Position numbers and translations under genes: made by a program. From an uncultured Verrucomicrobiae bacterium (lineage in GTDB: Bacteria; Verrucomicrobiota; Verrucomicrobiia; Chthoniobacterales; JAFAMB01), in contig CAVXLD010000010.1 of assembly GCA_963762565.1 (NCBI GenBank), forward strand, positions 96,001 to 160,000: DNA of 64,000 nt, in the 5' to 3' direction. The notes under the pieces were generated by a model that saw only the letters and a program-made list of their open reading frames with translations, made no database searches and had not been told where the DNA came from. Shown here piece after piece: positions 61,531 through 64,000 of the stretch (the stretch's first letter is position 1; each line of letters begins with the position of its first letter).

Positions 61531-63705
61531 CTATCTGCCCGCAGTTCTAGGAGACTTTTGCAGATCGACCAGATCGGCCAGGATACTCAACGTTTCTCGT
61601 TGAATCGCATCGGCATCAGCGGTGTCTCCGTTTCCTTCATCAATGAGGTCTTCACTGGAAGGCGACGGAGAATCTTTTGCGTCCTTACCTGCCGCTGGTA
61701 GAACTTCCTTCGGTAGAAGCTTCAGCTGAGGCTTGTTGACATCTGCCAACGTCAGCTCGTACCGCTTGTCTTGAAGCTGACCATCGATCTTCTTCTCATC
61801 AGCCAGCTCCTTTTGTTTGCGATCGTTGTCTTCGTCCAACTCATCCCTCCTGATTTTCTCGTTGAGAGACAAGCGATTCGACTTCAGACGATCCTTCAGG
61901 ATCTTCATGTCGGAGGTGACATCCTGGAAAGCGGTATCCTGGTTGACTCGATTAGCAGACCGTTTACGCAGGTCGTCGATGTAAAGCGGTTTCCGATTGT
62001 TTGCCAAATCGATCGCCGCAGGCTCGACCTCGTCGTACGGCAGAGGATGTTCGAGGGACGCTTCACCGATTTCGGAATTGTCGGTAAGCGAAGGTAAAAC
62101 GATATCAGAAATCACTCCGCGAAGTTGGGTCGAGCCGCCCGCAACTCGATAAAATTTTTGGACCGTCAACTTAAGAGCGCCGGCATCGTTGCTCGAACCT
62201 CCCAGCAGGGGCATGAACCTGCCCAACTCCAGCAGTGTCTGCACCGTACCCTTTCCAAAGGTACTCGAATCACCAACAATCACCGCTCGCCCATAATCCT
62301 GCAGCGCCGCGGCAAATATCTCGCTAGCGGATGCACTAAGCCGATTAGTAAGAACCAAAAGAGGACCGCTGTATAAAACTCCGGGGTCTTGGTCCTTCAG
62401 CACTTGGACATCTCCATTGGCATCCTTAACTTGAACGACGGGACCCTGGTTGATGAAAAGACCTGTCATTTTTATCGCCTCGTCGAGAGAACCGCCACCG
62501 TCATGACGCAAGTCGATAACCAAGCCCTGGATTCCTTCGTGCTCCAATCGTTTGATTAAAGCAGCGACATCTCGTGACGTACTCTTCCCGGTCCGAGACC
62601 GTTCCATGTCCTGGTAAAATGACGGTAGGGTGATCCAGCCCAATTTCTCAGCCGTCCCATCTGGAAGGTCCTTCTCAATTAATTCGGCTTTTGCCTCCTG
62701 TTCCGTCAGTTTTACGTCGTCTCGAACGAGTTCAACGACCTTTCTCTTGGACGGGTCAGCCGAATTCGCCGGAACCATCATAAGGCGAACGACTGTGCCT
62801 TTCTTACCACGGATCAACTCCACTACTTTGTCGATCTTCATATCGACAACATCGACAAAAGCGTCCTTCGCTTGAGCGACCGCGGCAATGCGGTCCCCAA
62901 CACTTACCTTCCCACTCAATTGAGCCGGGCCACCGGAAATTAAGCGTTCCACCTTAGCGTAACCGTCATCCGACTTGAGCTCCGCACCGATGCCAGTCAA
63001 CGAGAGACGCATATTGATCTCGAAGCTTTCGAGATCCGATTTCCCTAGATATTCAGAGTGTGGATCGTAGGTCTGAGCGGCGGCGTTAAGAAAAAGCTGC
63101 AATACATCGTTGTCATCTCGCTCATCGAGGTTCTTTACCAGCTGATCATATCTCTTTCCGACGACCTTCGGTCCGGGCTCCAGAGCAAGTTTATTCAGCT
63201 TTTCCTGCAGCAACTCGCCCTCGATCCGGTCTCGCCATAGGCTGTCGGCTTCGGCCGTATTCGCTGGCCAAGCATCCTTGTGACGATCTAACGCAACAGT
63301 CTTGGTACTCTTGAAGCTGTAGTCCTGCTTAAGGAGCTCCTTGATCTTGTTCACTCGATCTGCAACCCGAGTCTTGAACAGATTATAAATGTCTCTTGCC
63401 GGCTGGACATTCCCGACAGTCAGGTCTTGGTCAAGCGTTGACGCGTACTTATGGTAGATCTCGTCTACGTCTTCCTGGGTGAAAAAGAGTTTGGTGTAAT
63501 CAAGATCCTCTAGATAGGTGTCGAGGATCTTTTTCGCCATGGAATCGTCAAGCTTCTGCCGGCTGTAATGCGCTTGCTCGAGGAGTCTTGCCACGGTGAT
63601 GGCGATTTGCCGCGAGTCGGCTGAGCTCTGCTTGAGTTGCCCGATGCTACAATTGGTGGCGCACAGAACCGATAGCCCGAGGAAAGCAACGCTGGTGATT
63701 TTCAT
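61531..63705 (-). CDS. prc: Carboxy-terminal processing (tail-specific, S41) protease
   Basis: DPHSEY, GIGA PDZ entry, DLRHDGGG, SASASEI, FGKGTVQ, STQLRGV; start MKITSV inferred. Confidence 0.93.
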   Translation of the reverse strand: MKITSVAFLGLSVLCATNCSIGQLKQSSADSRQIAITVARLLEQAHYSRQKLDDSMAKKILDTYLEDLDYTKLFFTQEDVDEIYHKYASTLDQDLTVGNVQPARDIYNLFKTRVADRVNKIKELLKQDYSFKSTKTVALDRHKDAWPANTAEADSLWRDRIEGELLQEKLNKLALEPGPKVVGKRYDQLVKNLDERDDNDVLQLFLNAAAQTYDPHSEYLGKSDLESFEINMRLSLTGIGAELKSDDGYAKVERLISGGPAQLSGKVSVGDRIAAVAQAKDAFVDVVDMKIDKVVELIRGKKGTVVRLMMVPANSADPSKRKVVELVRDDVKLTEQEAKAELIEKDLPDGTAEKLGWITLPSFYQDMERSRTGKSTSRDVAALIKRLEHEGIQGLVIDLRHDGGGSLDEAIKMTGLFINQGPVVQVKDANGDVQVLKDQDPGVLYSGPLLVLTNRLSASASEIFAAALQDYGRAVIVGDSSTFGKGTVQTLLELGRFMPLLGGSSNDAGALKLTVQKFYRVAGGSTQLRGVISDIVLPSLTDNSEIGEASLEHPLPYDEVEPAAIDLANNRKPLYIDDLRKRSANRVNQDTAFQDVTSDMKILKDRLKSNRLSLNEKIRRDELDEDNDRKQKELADEKKIDGQLQDKRYELTLADVNKPQLKLLPKEVLPAAGKDAKDSPSPSSEDLIDEGNGDTADADAIQRETLSILADLVDLQKSPRTAGR

Positions 63706-63794
63706 GCGGCGAGCACACAACGAATTGACAGAAGAATTACGAAGTAACATTTTGCGAGCCGCATACACGGGCCCATTTTGGAGTCTCCCTCAAT

Positions 63795-64000
63795 ATGTTC
63801 GACTTTCAAACCTTTATTGGCGGTATCTTCGACACGAACGCCTATCTAGTCAAAGCGCGAGCCGGAGAAATTCTGTTCGATGCCCCGACGGGAACATTGG
63901 ACTGGCTGGAACGAGAGAACATCACTCCGGGCCTGTTATTGATCACCCACGGCCATATTGATCACATCGATGACGCTGCCAAAATTAAAAGCCGGTTTAA
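63795..64000 (+). CDS. MBL-fold metallo-hydrolase, truncated by the window end (not in the ORF track)
   Basis: MFDFQTFIGGIFDTNAYLV...ILFDAP...LLITHGHIDH (HxHxDH motif). Confidence 0.85.
   Translation, partial: MFDFQTFIGGIFDTNAYLVKARAGEILFDAPTGTLDWLERENITPGLLLITHGHIDHIDDAAKIKSRF

Noticed and set aside
63596..63961. 121-aa plus-strand ORF in the track
   Set aside because: It overlaps prc antisense; the real gene is the HxHxDH hydrolase in another frame from 63795

Overview
Bacterial chromosomal window of moderately high GC. The gene content and protein style suggest a diderm PVC-group organism, possibly Verrucomicrobia (inference only). Bases 1-21 kb hold a minus-strand tandem array of five paralogous ~1000-aa TonB-dependent receptor (TBDR) genes next to an exbB-exbD-tonB operon. 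Each TBDR has its own conserved promoter module, and they share a 3' hairpin/terminator cassette. Three TBDR copies carry 1-bp frameshifts, probably sequencing errors. The rest is mostly housekeeping: Fur-family regulator-sufCBD, dgkA, a lipoprotein and two TPR proteins, mutS, aas, DUF2071, an L,D-transpeptidase, sdhCAB, leuB, trpF, recF, mnmA, recR, a clpX-like gene, YbhB, mazG, a rhomboid-like gene, a TerB-ABCG fusion, EmrAB with two TetR genes, hisBHA, a tail-specific protease and a partial MBL hydrolase. The most unusual layer is non-coding. Many intergenic gaps hold one of four REP/REPIN-like palindromic families (A-D) whose hairpin loops carry fixed-length inserts (about 30, 61 or 70 nt). 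A small structured element (E) sits inside the loops of other hairpins, and both filled and empty sites are visible. A 7-bp tandem repeat lies in frame within mutS. A 46-bp perfect palindrome has displaced the start of the DUF2071 gene. No transposase, CRISPR array, tRNA or rRNA was recognised. All alignments and coordinates were read by eye.
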